A stretch of DNA of 64,000 bases, taken from Octopus sinensis (Eukaryota). Below the pieces are notes generated by a model that saw only the letters and a list, made by a program, of their open reading frames with translations, made no database searches and was not told the origin of the DNA. The stretch covers positions 98,208,001 through 98,272,000 of the forward strand of contig NC_042998.1 of assembly GCF_006345805.1 (NCBI RefSeq), in the 5' to 3' direction. Below are positions 13,333 through 25,845 of this stretch, piece after piece. A program made the position numbers and the translations under genes. How positions within the stretch are numbered: the stretch's first letter is position 1; every line of letters begins with the position of its first letter.

Positions 13333-13562
13333 CGATAAGGCGGTGAGCTGGCAGAATCGTTAGCACACCGGGCAAAATGCTCAGCAGTATTTCGTCTGTT
13401 GTTACGTTCTGAGTTCAAATTCCGCCAAGGTTGACTTTGCCTTTCATCCTTTCGGGGTCGATTAAATAAGTACCAGTTATGCACTGGGATCGATGTAATC
13501 GACTTAATCCGTTTGTCTGTCCTTGTTTGTTCCCTCTGTGTCTAACCCCTTGTGGGTAGTAA
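13333..13562 (+). mobile_element. tRNA-derived SINE (family C) with a flanking direct repeat
   Basis: aaggcggtgagctggcagaatcgttag...gagttcaaattccgcc (B box)...gactttgcctttcatcctttcggggtcg. Flanked by agaaataggtacagttgt at 13315 and 13563. Other copies at about 29080-29205 and 30375-30720 (+), and 33520-33675, 52020-52325 and 55745-55950 (-). Confidence 0.85.
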
Positions 13563-15318
13563 AGAAATAGGTACAGTTGTTGATCAGTCCAGATCGAGCA
13601 GACTTATAACCAAGTATATTCCAGTTTTGACCAGTTTATTTTTTTTTAACATATCTCAAACAACTTTGTCCAAGGTAGCTTTACTTTTTCAGAGTTCACT
13701 TGAAGTAGAAAAAGGCTACTATTTCTAGTAGGTCAAACAAGAACATAGAGGTTACCTGGTCAGCATGTAGATAAGTATCAGTTCAGTATTGTAGGTAGCT
13801 GTAGCTACCTACAAACATAGAGGCAAATATGAAGAGAAGGGACATCTATCAAAATTATCACTCACTGATGGAAACCATTTACTTGTAGCTAAACAGTTGG
13901 TTCTGGTAAGGCACTACCATCTTTTATCATTGATAACAATATTACTGAGCAATTTATGCTGAACAAATTATCTTACAAATAAATACGAATGAACTTAGAA
14001 ATCAAGTTCCAAGATTGAGTAAAATCAACCATTAATATTAACCATTTTAACAAACTATGAATTAACTTACATTCATAGATAACTTCAGCTTGTAACTCAT
14101 TAGTGTTATCTTTTTTCTGTAATTCTTCATCTTTTATCACTCCATTCATCAGAACACCGTAACTTCATAGGTACATTGATAAAATATTATATTCCACTTA
14201 TTAACCTACAAACAAAGCAAGAGTTCAATCTACAATTTTTGGCACTATACCTACTTTGCTTTACCAAAGCAAATTTAATGAAGAAAAAAGAACCCATCCA
14301 AAAAACAAAAGTTGTATAACCCATCCATAAACCATTGCATTAAACTCCAAGAAAGCTATCACAGGCTTTCTTATTCAGGTTTGTACTGAAATTTATGCAC
14401 TCAAGTGACATGTTTTACCTTTGTGTTTACAACTCATTTGAAGCCATAGCTCTTCCTCTTTCTTTAACACAGACATTATGCACATACTTTTCCATTCAAA
14501 CATTATATATTATAAACGGATTTTCTTTTTCACAATTTTGTACTTTTGATATATTGCTCAATTGTTAAATAGGCAATTCTTGCATAAAGATTATCAAAAT
14601 TAGATTTTATCACATAGTATTTGATCTGCAACTGGTGTACTTCACTTCTACTTATTAACAAGAAAACAATAATTCTAGTTGGATTTTTTTTTCTATTTTT
14701 AACAATACAAGAAATTGTGTACTATGAAAATTAATACAAAAAAATTTTAATGATTGGTAGCTCATTCCTCTCTCATTTTTCCAAATTGGAATAGATTATT
14801 CAAAAAGATGTTTTACAGATGCATATTCTTCAATTTTAATCAAAGATAGAAACACTATATTTATAATTTGATCATAAGCCTTGTGGGTGGGTTTGATAGA
14901 AACTAAATGAACACTTGTATAAGTGTTTGTGTGTGTATCTTTGTCTAGACATCATGTGATGGGTGTAAATGAGCATCATCATCATACAAGCAAGGTTATT
15001 CATTTCCAGTCTTCTGTGAAAAACATGTCTAGTGAGGGGAATATATTAACCTGCTTGGAAACAAGTTGGGGTTGGTGACAGGAAGAGCATCCAGCTGAAG
15101 AAGTTTTGCTTCAACAAATTCCATCCAATTCATGCAAGCATGGAAAATAGACATATGATGATAGGGTCAAATGACAAAGTAGTGTACAATAGTTGTGAAC
15201 TTAGGAGTTTCTCACTTGAACTACTTACTATATATCAGAATCAAATTTTTAAATACAAATAGTAGCATATTTAACAATTCAGCAATATATTAAAAGTTCA
15301 AAATTGTTACAAGAGGGC

Positions 15319-15376
<58 letters not shown>

Positions 15377-16949
15377 ACAGCTGATGTTTATTCTAATGGT
15401 AAGAATATTTTCTTTAAGCAAGTTTAAATTACAGAATATATGAAATTGAAATATCTTTTGTAGTTAAGGCTTAGGACTCCCAGAAGAATTCTGCTCTCTG
15501 GGAATTAAAAATAAAATTTTATGTATAACTTAAATCCACAGCAAAACATATCAGATTCAAAAACAGCTAAGGCAATATAGCAACTTGCCAAAATGCTTTC
15601 TCTGACTTCTTGCAATTATGAAAAATTGCTGTTCTACTAAAAATATTGTAAGAATTTACAAATGTTCACCAGGATATAATGTTCATATAACTTGGATAGT
15701 AGAGGACATTGAAAGGGTCTCACCTGTCTTCTTTGATAAAAAGAAAATAAAAACTATCTCAGATCTAAGAAACTGATACAAGAAATTTATTTTTCATAAA
15801 TAAGGAGCTCAATGTTTCAACAAGACAAACCATATAATCATTCATTTATAATGTTAACTGCCACTTGTTCTTAAGTGATCCATTTCCTTGTAACAAGTCT
15901 CTTAACAAATCATTACTGAAACAATAGCAGTGTTTTAAATCCAACTTATTTACAAATGAAGGGGAAAATATAAAACAAACATAAAAGACAATGTTAATAC
16001 AAATCAATACACCTTTTAATAAATGTCTTTGATGAACAGAAATAATTAAATCTAAAGAAACATGCAATTATATATTTCATTAAGGAACGCCAGCCAAAAG
16101 CACTAAAAAAAATTATAAAAAAGCCTAAAGGATTTTAGCTTACTGTAAAACAATAAGGTATTTTATTTCCCCTCTGTTTTTATTAAATTTCTCCAGTAAT
16201 TAAATTTATCTGATGTAATAATCAAGGTGAGAAATCAAACAAAACAAAAATCTAGCAATTATTTGATTGCCAACAGTAAAATATATTGAGGAAGAAAGCT
16301 GACAAGAAACTATATTGTCTATTGTTGTGTATATATTTAATTATTAATAATTCAAATGTCTGTATTTATCAATCCTCATTATTTCAAACAAATTAATTAG
16401 TAAGTGCCCATTTCAAAATACTTGATATGAAAAATATCACGTTTACACAACTACATACTGATAGAATCAATTGTTGAACAATTAATCTCATTTTTTTCTT
16501 GTTTTGTAAAACATGCCATGTTTGATCTGTTCATTGTCAGTCACCATATTTGCTATGCTTATATATATATATATATGTCCTCAGACTAAGATTGAACTCA
16601 TAAAACTTTATTTCATGCTATGTTCCTACATTTATCTCATTGGTCATGAATCTATAGGACAATTATATACAACAACTGCTGTACAAGTGTTGAAATTCAG
16701 GTTGTCAAAAATTCTAAGTTCAATATAAACCTTAGCATTAGGTGGGCTCTGAATGACTTTACCTTTATTCAAAAGCATTACACTCAAAGTAATTTCATCC
16801 AACAGTGTATCTAAGACTATGCTAACTCATGTGTTCTAACTTATTTTTTTTAAAGGAAAGAGAGTATGAAATGAGGGAGAAGTTACTAATAGCAGATCCA
16901 GTAACCTTGTAGAGGGAACCTCTACACGGTCAAATGCATATATATTATC

Positions 16950-17150
16950 ATCAATTCATTGTCCACTTTTCCATATTTGCATGAATTGGAAGGAGTTTAT
17001 TGAGGCAGACTTTCTGCGGCTGGATGCCCTTTTTGTCACCAACCCTCTGGCCAGACATGTTCTCACAGAATATTGGGAATGACTGTCACTGCTTGTATAA
17101 CAGTGACAATCGTTTTACAACTGTCACACAATATCAAAACAAGGAGACAG
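16950..17150 (-). mobile_element. Diverged variant of the RTE-tail family
   Basis: gctggatgccctttttgtcaccaaccct core with a distinct continuation (gacaatcgttttacaactgtcac...caaggagaca). Related copies at about 41960-42150, 15040-15160, 25930-26040 and 28980-29010. Confidence 0.6.
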
Positions 17151-17227
17151 GAAGGAAGAGAGAAATGGTCATGGAGCTCGCAAAGCGTGCAAGCCCCGTC
17201 GTCCGAGCGCCATGAGGGCGGGCCGAC

Positions 17228-17874
17228 GTGGAGACCCGTTCGCCGACGGCCGTGGAGACCCGTTCGCCGACGGCCGTGGAGACCCGTTCGCCGACGGCGT
17301 GGAGACCCGTTCGCCGACGGCCGTGGAGACCCGTTCGCCGACGGCCGTGGAGACCCGTTCGCCGACGGTCGTGGAGACCCGTTCGCCGACGGTCGTGGAG
17401 ACCCGTTCGCCGACGGTCGTGGAGACCCGTTCGCCGACGGTCGTGGAGACCCGTTCGCCGACGGTCGTGGAGACCCGTTCGCCGACGGTCGTGGAGACCC
17501 GTTCGCCGACGGTCGTGGAGACCCGTTCGCCGACGGTCGTGGAGACCCGTTCGCCGACAGTCGTGGAGACCCGTTCGCCGACAGTCGTGGAGACCCGTTC
17601 GCCGACAGTCGTGGAGACCCGTTCGCCGACAGTCGTGGAGACCCGTTCGCCGACAGTCGTGGAGACCCGTTCGCCGACAGTCGTGGAGACCTGTTCGCCG
17701 ACAGTCGTGGAGACCTGTTCGCCGACAGTCGTGGAGACCTGTTCGCCGACAGTCGTGGAGACCTGTTCGCCGACAGTCGTGGAGACCTGTTCGCCGACAG
17801 TCGTGGAGACCTGTACGCTGACAGTCATGGAGACTTCTTTGCTGATGGTTGTGCAGCATTGTACGCTGACAGTC
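17228..17874. repeat. GC-rich 24-bp tandem array (GTGGAGACCCGTTCGCCGACGGTC)n, about 25 copies plus 2 degenerate
   Basis: Unit starts at 17228, 17252, 17276, 17299 (after a 1-bp deletion), then every 24 bp to 17803, with degenerate units at 17827 and 17851. The unit has no stop in any frame, which explains the overlapping ORFs in the track. Confidence 0.97.
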
Positions 17875-20800
17875 AAGTTCTGGTTCACTGACTGCCAAAA
17901 GTCATGCTCCACTGTTCTGATGACTGCTGCTTTTATAGGTACACAACCAGCTCTGATTGGCTGCCATTGCTGAAGTACAACTGTGCTAATCCACAATAAT
18001 GAAATATGGTTTTTTTGACTCCCTACAAATTATACTCGATTTTTATTCATTTTAATGTATTTGTTCATGTGTAATGCACACTACAAGAGTATGAACTCAA
18101 TCTCATTTCAATAGTAAGACTTTTGCAACTTCATAGGTAACTGATAACATTTTAAAATTCAATGTATTTTATAGTTACAATAAATAAATAAAAAATTTTC
18201 TGTTCTTTCTGTTTTGCTTGAGTGAGATCATACTGTATAACAAGATAGAAAAAAAGCAGGAGAAAGCAGTTAAGAATTGCACTTAAAAAATTAACAAGTT
18301 TGCAAATTTTATAGGATGATTCAAGACTTTTTCTATGAAATAACAAAAAGTGGCCATTTGGCTCATGAGCTGCATGCTAAAAATTTGATCCAACCTGGAA
18401 TGAACAAAAGTCTAACTACAACATACACCCACAGCTTGACTATCACTGCAGTAGAATTAATAAGATGGAATTAAAATAAAGATATGGTAGCTATGAATTT
18501 TTATGCTGTGATTAAAATTCAAAACAATGCTTACTTTATTACAAAATAATAGTTTCTATAAAAATTATTCAACTAATTATTTTGTTTTGCTTTGTTTGCC
18601 CATATCAGATGATTTTTTAAACTACTTTTTTACACACACTACGAGCTAATTTAGTTATCTAATCATTTCATTCTTAGTTAACACACTGTCTCACACACAC
18701 TAATGTTCATTAATTATTCACTTGAACCTCAGTTATTTGTATTTTTTATTACATTAAAATCATTTACAATTATATAACAAAATATATCGCTTATTTAATA
18801 TACATTCAACAGACCATATCGTTAATATATTTTTGTCAGTCATTGTAAGATTTACCTGTGCAGGTTACTTCTATAAGATATTACATTTCTAATTAGTATT
18901 TCATAGAAGCAATATTTTATACTCACACATAATATCTATTTTTCCATAATTCACCTCATCCACTCTCCAACCTTGCTCAATCTTTACATTTGTCACCTCT
19001 TCTCAACCTTTGTCACTCCTCAACACTTATTCTTCATTTCACCCTCTCATCTATCCCCCATCACTGATCACTCATTCCCCCAAATACTCTTGCACATCCT
19101 ACCTACCCACACACTGTTCTGTCATCACACTTCATACCTTGAGGATCCTCCCTCACACTGCATCGCAACTATTTGTATTTCTTTCCAGCTCCATCCTGAT
19201 CACCCTTCCTCTGCCTCTTTTATAATGTGAGTAACCATGTAGCTCTTCTCCAGCAAGAAATCTGTTCTGCTCAGGCCCCTTCTATCTTACTTTTAACCTC
19301 TCCTAGCATAAACCTGTCTCTCTCTGTACTGTAGTCCCATTCAGTCAAAGAGGATCATAGTCTTGCCAGCTGCATAATGATCTCAAAAAAACTACCCAAC
19401 ATAGACTGAAAAGTGTTTGGCATTAGGAATAGTATCCAACTATAAACATCATACCAAAGCAGACATTAGCACACAACGCAGTCTTTGATCCTGTCAAAGT
19501 GTTCAACCCATGACAGAATGGAACAGGTGTGGTTAATAATGGTAAAAATTAGGCACTAAAATATAATGCATAAGTTTCAGTATAATTCAAAAGAAAACTT
19601 TTGATTGTTATGATTTAAAAATTCAGTGCTTTCAAAATGAGAGGTAGATTGAAATACACTAAAGTCATCCTCGTTTAATGTCCGCTTTCCATGCTAGCAT
19701 GGGTTGGACGATTTGACTGAGGTCTGGCGAACTAGATGGCTGCACCAGACTCCAATCTGATCTAGCAGAGTTTCTACAGTTGGATGCCCTTCCTAACACC
19801 AATCACTCCAAGAGTGCAGTGGGTGCTTTTACGTGCCAACAGCATGAGGGCCAGTCAGACAGTACTGGCAACAGCCATGCTCAAATGGTGCTTTTTATGC
19901 GCCACCTGCACAGGAGCCAGTCCAGCGGCACTGGCAACAACCTTGCTCAAATGTTTTTTTCACAGAAATTCTGAATTTGAATGGAGTAGTAATTTTAAAA
20001 TTGATTACACATGATGTTACTACAAAAAACTTTAATTAGAAACAAAACTTCCAAACTGATATACTAAGAAGTAACTCAAAAGAGATACTCAGTACAAATT
20101 TTATCTTAAAACCAGGCAACAGTTTTATCTAAACAAGTTCAAATAAACATGAGGACTTGTGATAACAAAAAGGAATTAATGTGAGTACACAATGTTTTCT
20201 GAAAGATTATTGTAAAGCAAAGAAAAATTTTTAAAGAATTTGAGTAAAAAAATGAGAACTTACAAGTTTCATATAACAAGGTTTACAAAGTATTTTAAGG
20301 GACAGTTAAAATTTCATCAATTCTTTTTATTTTCACTCATATTTACCAATTTTTTCTTACACATCCATCACATTGTACTCTTTCTATATAATTAAGTTGA
20401 TGCAAAATACCAGTTTTTCAGGCATCTCAATAACTTACTGCAGTCCAAAATACTTTCATAGAATTTGTCAATTCCAAGACTCCAGAATGCTAAGCTACTG
20501 GTACAGACTTGTTTCTTTCTAGCAAAAATGTGTAGATTCTAATGCGTATTATTTTGAATGATAAAGTTATTCTGAGCTGAGATATATTACTTTAAAGTTG
20601 ATTGTTAAAGATCACAACTAATTTTGCACCAACCTGATAAAATGTGTGAAAGGTATTCAACTTAAAATACCAGTGATATAAAGAAAGAAAACAATTACAA
20701 ATACTAAACAACTACAGAGAGAAAAAGCATGACTATATAGAGGACAGGATACTGAAAGCTTATACATTTGAAATAGTAATAGTATAACTGAAACATTCAC

Positions 20801-21045
20801 TTTAAAAGGATTAAGTTGAAGCAAGAAGTAAAAAAAAAATTAAGAGATACATTTTGCAGTATCAGTAATTGTAGCTCCTTCCTTTCAAAAAGGATTTTGA
20901 GATATGACTTTGTGCTAAAAGGATTTCGAGATACTGATAGTGAGTCTCAGTTACTCAACAATGAGGATTCAGTTGTTTGATCATCTGAATAATCTATTTC
21001 TGAGTTAACATGTGACTGAGCATTCCACAGACATGTGCACCTTAA

Positions 21046-21232
21046 CCCTTTTGATACCAACCCACTCAAAACCACTCCTATCTCTATGATACAAACTTCC
21101 ATCAAAATTTTATGCTAATATGTATTCTAAACACCAACTTCATTATCATAATTTTACTAATTTCTTCATTACTTTCAAAGATTTATTGGAACAACAGCAG
21201 TGTATTTCAACAGAAATATGGTTACAGAGGGG
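21046..21232. mobile_element. piggyBac-like MITE (family 2)
   Basis: TTAA|CCCTTTTGATACCAAC...gaGGGG|TTAA. Related copies lie at about 10940-11135 (decayed) and 56981-57609. Confidence 0.7.
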
Positions 21233-21234
21233 TT

Positions 21235-22484
21235 AAAGTAATTCTCTGGCAGTGATGAGAAAAAGATTTTAGAAATAATGAATAAAAATATGTGAGTGGT
21301 AAGCCAAAAACTTCTTTGCAAAGTATTACAATGACAATGAAGCATCCTGACAGTGTAATACAGTTGAACTCATCATCATCATCATCGTTTAACATCTGCT
21401 TTCCATGCTAGCATGGGTTGGACGAATGACTGAGGGCTGGCGAACCAGATGGCTTCAATCTTGGTCTGGCAGAGTTTCTACAGCTGGATGCCTTTCCTAA
21501 CGCCAACCACTCCAAGAGTGTAGTGGGTGCTTTTATGTGCCACCGGCAGAGGGCCAGTCAGGCGGTACTGGTAATGACCTCGCTTGAATCTTTTACACAT
21601 GCCACCAGCACAGGTGCCAGTAAGGCGATGCTGGTAACGATCACGCTCAAATGGTGTCTTTTACATGCCACCAGCATGGAGGCCAGATAGCCACTCTGGC
21701 AACGATCACACTCGGATGGTGCTCTTAATACCCTACTAGCACAGGGCTTGAGTGCCAGTAAGACGATGCTGGTAACAATCACGCTCGAATGGTGCCTTTT
21801 AAGTGCCACTGGCACGGAAGCCGGTTAGTCGCTCTGTCAATGATCACACTCATATGGTGCTCTTCGCACCCCGCTACCACAGACGTCAGTCATCAAATTT
21901 GATTTTGACTTCACTTGCCTCAACTGGTCTTCGCAAGAAGAGTTTTAATGTCCAAAGAAGGAAAAGGTACGCATAAGTGGGCTGGTAACGCCCCTGTCAT
22001 AGGCCACGAGATTATGGTCTCATTTGGCTTGCTGGGTCTTCTCACGCACAGCGAAGTAATTTTTCAATATGAAAGAGCCCCTTGTCATACAAGAAAATCT
22101 AGAATGAAATAGCTGAAAGAATATAAAACAGGCCTGGAAACAGCCCCTAACTTAAGATAGAAAATTTATGGTCAGAATCAAGAAACTGGAATCGGTTTCC
22201 AACTGAGCAACAAACTCATCAATACTTAATTTAGAATCATAAATTCTTGAGTAGTTCAAGAAATTTATCACTGTCATGCCAAGAGGAATTGATGCAATAA
22301 TCAAAGTAAAAGTTTATTCTACTAAATATTATTATGAACTACTATACTGTAAAGAATGTTTTATATGGTGCTTCATACACTACTGGTGTAGATTGATATG
22401 TGTTTTTAGGATATTTAAATCTCTAAGTTGTCATATTCAGTTGAAGAACAATATCAATTTTAAAGCACTATCATGGGATAGTGA
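21235..22484 (+). pseudogene. Tc1/mariner transposase relic interrupted by an RTE 3' end
   Basis: KVI..SDEKK (frameshifted, about 21235-21270); TMKHPDSVI (21334-21360); after the insertion EVIFQYERAPCHTRKS (from 22053); ENLWS; and MPRGIDAIIKVKVYSTKY (from 22276). These correspond to the Tc1 motifs FSDE, TVKH, FQQDNAPCH, NPIENLW and MPRRIEAVIKAKG..TKY. Confidence 0.75.
21371..22052 (-). mobile_element. RTE LINE 3' UTR, long variant with internal tandem modules
   Basis: (CAT)n then cgtttaacatctgctttccatgctagcatgggttgg on the plus strand; repeated 55-70 bp modules at about 21540-21870; ends at ctcacgcacagc. Confidence 0.8.
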
Positions 22485-23203
22485 ATAATAAAATATTCTT
22501 TGAAGATGATTAGTAAAATAATAATGAGCAGGAAAGAGGTGCAAAACCAATAAACAACTACATAAGAAAGTGTCCAAACTTTTGAACACGTTCACACAGA
22601 AATAAGACTGAAAAAGAGAGGGATAGTGTGTGAGATTGTGCAAATGGGTGCAAGATTTCTTTGAAGAATTTAAGCCAAAATATTGATTAAAGTATCTCCT
22701 CAATACATGAATGAATAAAATCATTTCATCTCTGTCCAATGATAATGTCTCCATCGCATCATCAGGTATTTTAATAATTATTTTACTTTTTCAACCTATA
22801 TAAACCACACAAAGTTAACTACAGAAAATTTACATAATTCATAAAAGTTTTACATAAAATATTACTTAGAGGAATAATTAACCCACATTCTAATTTAGTT
22901 AAACTAAATTATGAAACAAGAAAACAGATTTAAAACTTGATTGAATACCACTAAGAAACAGGAAACTAAAATAAAAAGATAGAAAAGATGAAAATAAAAA
23001 AAAAAAAAAAGAGATCCAGTTAAACTAATTTTTATAAAATAATATTCCTCTGAGTTAAATGAATATACAATGTTGAAAAGATCGTTGTGAAGCAAAAAAG
23101 AAATTAAAAAGAGAATAATCTAAAGAATTAAATGCTGAATGGAAAATGAGAAAATGACTGATGAGTTGAAGCCAGGTGGCTGTATGCTAAGTTTCCTTTT
23201 CAA

Positions 23204-23580
23204 TGTGGTAAGTAGCTTGTCTACCAACCACATGGTTCCGGGTTCAGTCCCACTGCGTGGCACCTTGGGCAAGTGTCTTCAACTATAGCCTCAGGCCGAC
23301 CAAAGCCTTGTGAGTGGATTTGGTAGACGGAAACTGAAAGAAGCCCGTCGTATATATGTATATATATATATGTGTGTGTTTGTGTGTCTGTGTTTGTCCC
23401 CCTAGCATTGCTTGACAACCGATACTGGTGTGTATGTCCCCGTTACTTAGCGGTTCGGCAAAAGAGACCGATAGAATAAGTACTGGGCTTACAAAAGAAT
23501 AAGTCCCAGGGTCGAGTTGCTCGATTAAAGGCGGTGCTCCAGCATGGCCACAGTCAAATGACTGAAACAAGTAAAAGAAT
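23204..23580 (+). mobile_element. tRNA-derived CORE-like SINE with an internal (TA)/(TG) microsatellite (family B)
   Basis: Head tgtggtaagtagcttg...ggttcagtccc (A/B-box-like); core ggcaccttgggcaagtgtcttc; tail gactgaaacaagtaaaaga. Other copies at about 23581-23845, 24915-25055, 25690-25830, 51498-51880, 54543-54900, 57190-57600 and 62520-62700 (+), and 42180-42295 and 43250-43610 (-). Confidence 0.85.
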
Positions 23581-25055
23581 GGTTCTAGATTCAGTCCCAC
23601 TACATGGCACCTTGGGATGACCAAACCCTTTTGAGTAGATTTGTAGAATGAAACTGAAAGAATCCCATCATGTGGGTGTGTGTATGTGTGTGTGTGTGTG
23701 TGTGAACCAGTGTTGGTTTGCTTACGTCCCTGTAACTTAGCAGTTTAGCAAATATAAACAACAGAGTAAATACCAGGCTTATTAAAAAAAATTAGTACTG
23801 GGGTTGATGACTGCCGTTCAAGTGACTGAAACGAGTTAAAGATAAAAGGTAAAAATAAAACAATACCTATATCTGTATACAGTTGAGCAATTTGCATCTG
23901 TTAGTCGGAGATTAACAAAATGCACAAACACCATACAGAAAGTATAGCTGGACTAAAATGAGGCATTATTGGATCTGGCTAAGCAACTACTGAGGTTAAC
24001 CAAACCTTTATGTTTTATGAGTTGTAGAAGTTCATTTTTTATACTAAACAAAGTAAAATATTCTGCTTCTGTGTGGGTATATATATATATCATAGTCAAA
24101 GATAAGGGGACTATATTTACAACTGAGTCAAGCAGATACATCATTAATTATAATTACTGATTAGTAATCTTTCATTAACCTCTCTAAAACAATTGAAAAG
24201 AGTTTGCCTCATTCTCAGTCTCACACATGTAACTGTTATTGGTCTCTTTTACTTTTCTATTTCCATATTGTATCTATTTCCTGTATCAGTTAGGAATTGG
24301 TTCAGGCTTGGTTGTCCTACATTATAAATAGGCTCCTAGACACATTAAACTCTGAATCAAATTATTTCAATTTACACTATTTTGTTTATGCCTATTATGG
24401 GCTATAAGTCAAAGAATACACACAAATAATAGACCAAAAGATTCCATTAACAGTTTGTTTTTTTTACTTTTTTCCTCTTTAATTTCTTATATATTTCATA
24501 TTTAAATGATTTTATTTACAGTATTTTAAAACAAAATACAGACAAAATAATTCAAAGACTAATAGTTTGTTTGTATAGACTGTTGAACCACTTATCAAAA
24601 GTATATAAAAAAAAAAGTAACAAAATTTGGAAAGCAAAGTAAGTTTGCTTTAAAATATCAACAGTTAGGGAAAAAGAAATTAGATCAAGGCCAAATTTTC
24701 TCAACAATCTACATCAATTAACTTCGTAAGTAGTTAAATCCTTAAAATGTCTTGGATAACATAAAAGGTGGAACATTAAATCTACACATGTAGCAAAAGC
24801 AAACACAAAAACCAGGTGAAGAAGAATTTTATTTACAATTTTCTTCCGAGTCTGAATCTAAATCTCCAGATATGAAACAGCAGGCCTAATCAACTTAGTT
24901 TAGTACAATGGGTGCAGAGACATGGCTATGTGATTAAGAGATTCTCTTTAAAATCATGTGATTCCAGGTTCAGTCCAACAGAGTGGCACATTTGGCAAAT
25001 GACTTCTACTTTAACATAAGATTGACCCAAACCTTTTGAGTGAATTGGGGTAGAC

Positions 25056-25306
25056 CAGTGTTTCTCAACTTTTTTATCCTATGCCTGACTTCAATTTTCA
25101 AAACCAGCATGCACCTAACCATGAATAGATGAAGTTAGTTAGTGTGTGTGTGTGTGTGTGTGCGCACGCACGCGCGAGTGAGAGAGAAGAAATTTTAATT
25201 AAAACTCTATTGCAAGTTGTATTCATTTATTAATTACTTACATTCCATTCTAATGGAAGCCATGCCCTACTAAAATATTACCATGTCCTCACCTTGAGAA
25301 ACATTG
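25056..25306. mobile_element. hAT (Charlie/MER5-like) MITE inserted in a SINE
   Basis: TIRs CAGTGTTTCTCAA / TTGAGAAACATTG. The host SINE sequence (tggggtagac) occurs on both sides, although the right copy is offset by about 8 extra nt. Confidence 0.65.
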
Positions 25307-25813
25307 GGGGAGGATGGGGTAGACAAAAACTGTACAAAAGCCTTTCAGACTGCCTGTACTTATTCTTGGGTGGATAGACTTAATTTATCACTCAGTTTCC
25401 TTCTATCAGCTGCTCCTTTAGTGTCTTTATAAAAGTTAACATTGTAGGTATTCATAACAGGAATTCTGATATATGTAGTGGTGCCTTCCTCTCCTACTCC
25501 ATGTTCCAAGGCCACTTATGAACATTGCCCATCCCCTTCAAACTAAATCATAAAATTTGTTTTTAATCGTGGGAAATTTTTTTATATATAAATTGAAGTA
25601 ATAATTTTTTTAAATTTTTATTTTTAAATATATAGAGAGAGAATTCAAAAATGTAAATATGTTGAGGTTTTGTATTTTATACAGATACAGACATGGGTGT
25701 TTAGTTAAGAAGTTTGCTTTGCAACTACTTAGCTTCAGTGCCCCCTACTATAGCACCAGGCTAACCAATGCCATGTAAGAGAATTTGGCAGATAGAAACT
25801 GCATGAAGCCTGC

Positions 25814-25845
<32 letters not shown>

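Noticed and set aside
17228-17874. CRISPR-like array
   Set aside because: The 24-bp units are contiguous with no unique spacers, there are no cas genes and the context is eukaryotic; it is a minisatellite.
17073-17996. Five overlapping 197-275 aa ORFs as genuine genes
   Set aside because: All arise from a stop-free 24-bp unit, so ORF length carries no evidence. Kept only as a hypothesis tied to the adjacent promoter-like motifs.
18950-19220. Pyrimidine-rich segment similar to 55420-55680 as a coding exon
   Set aside because: The two diverged copies indicate an old dispersed repeat; the frames are full of stops, and I could not classify it.
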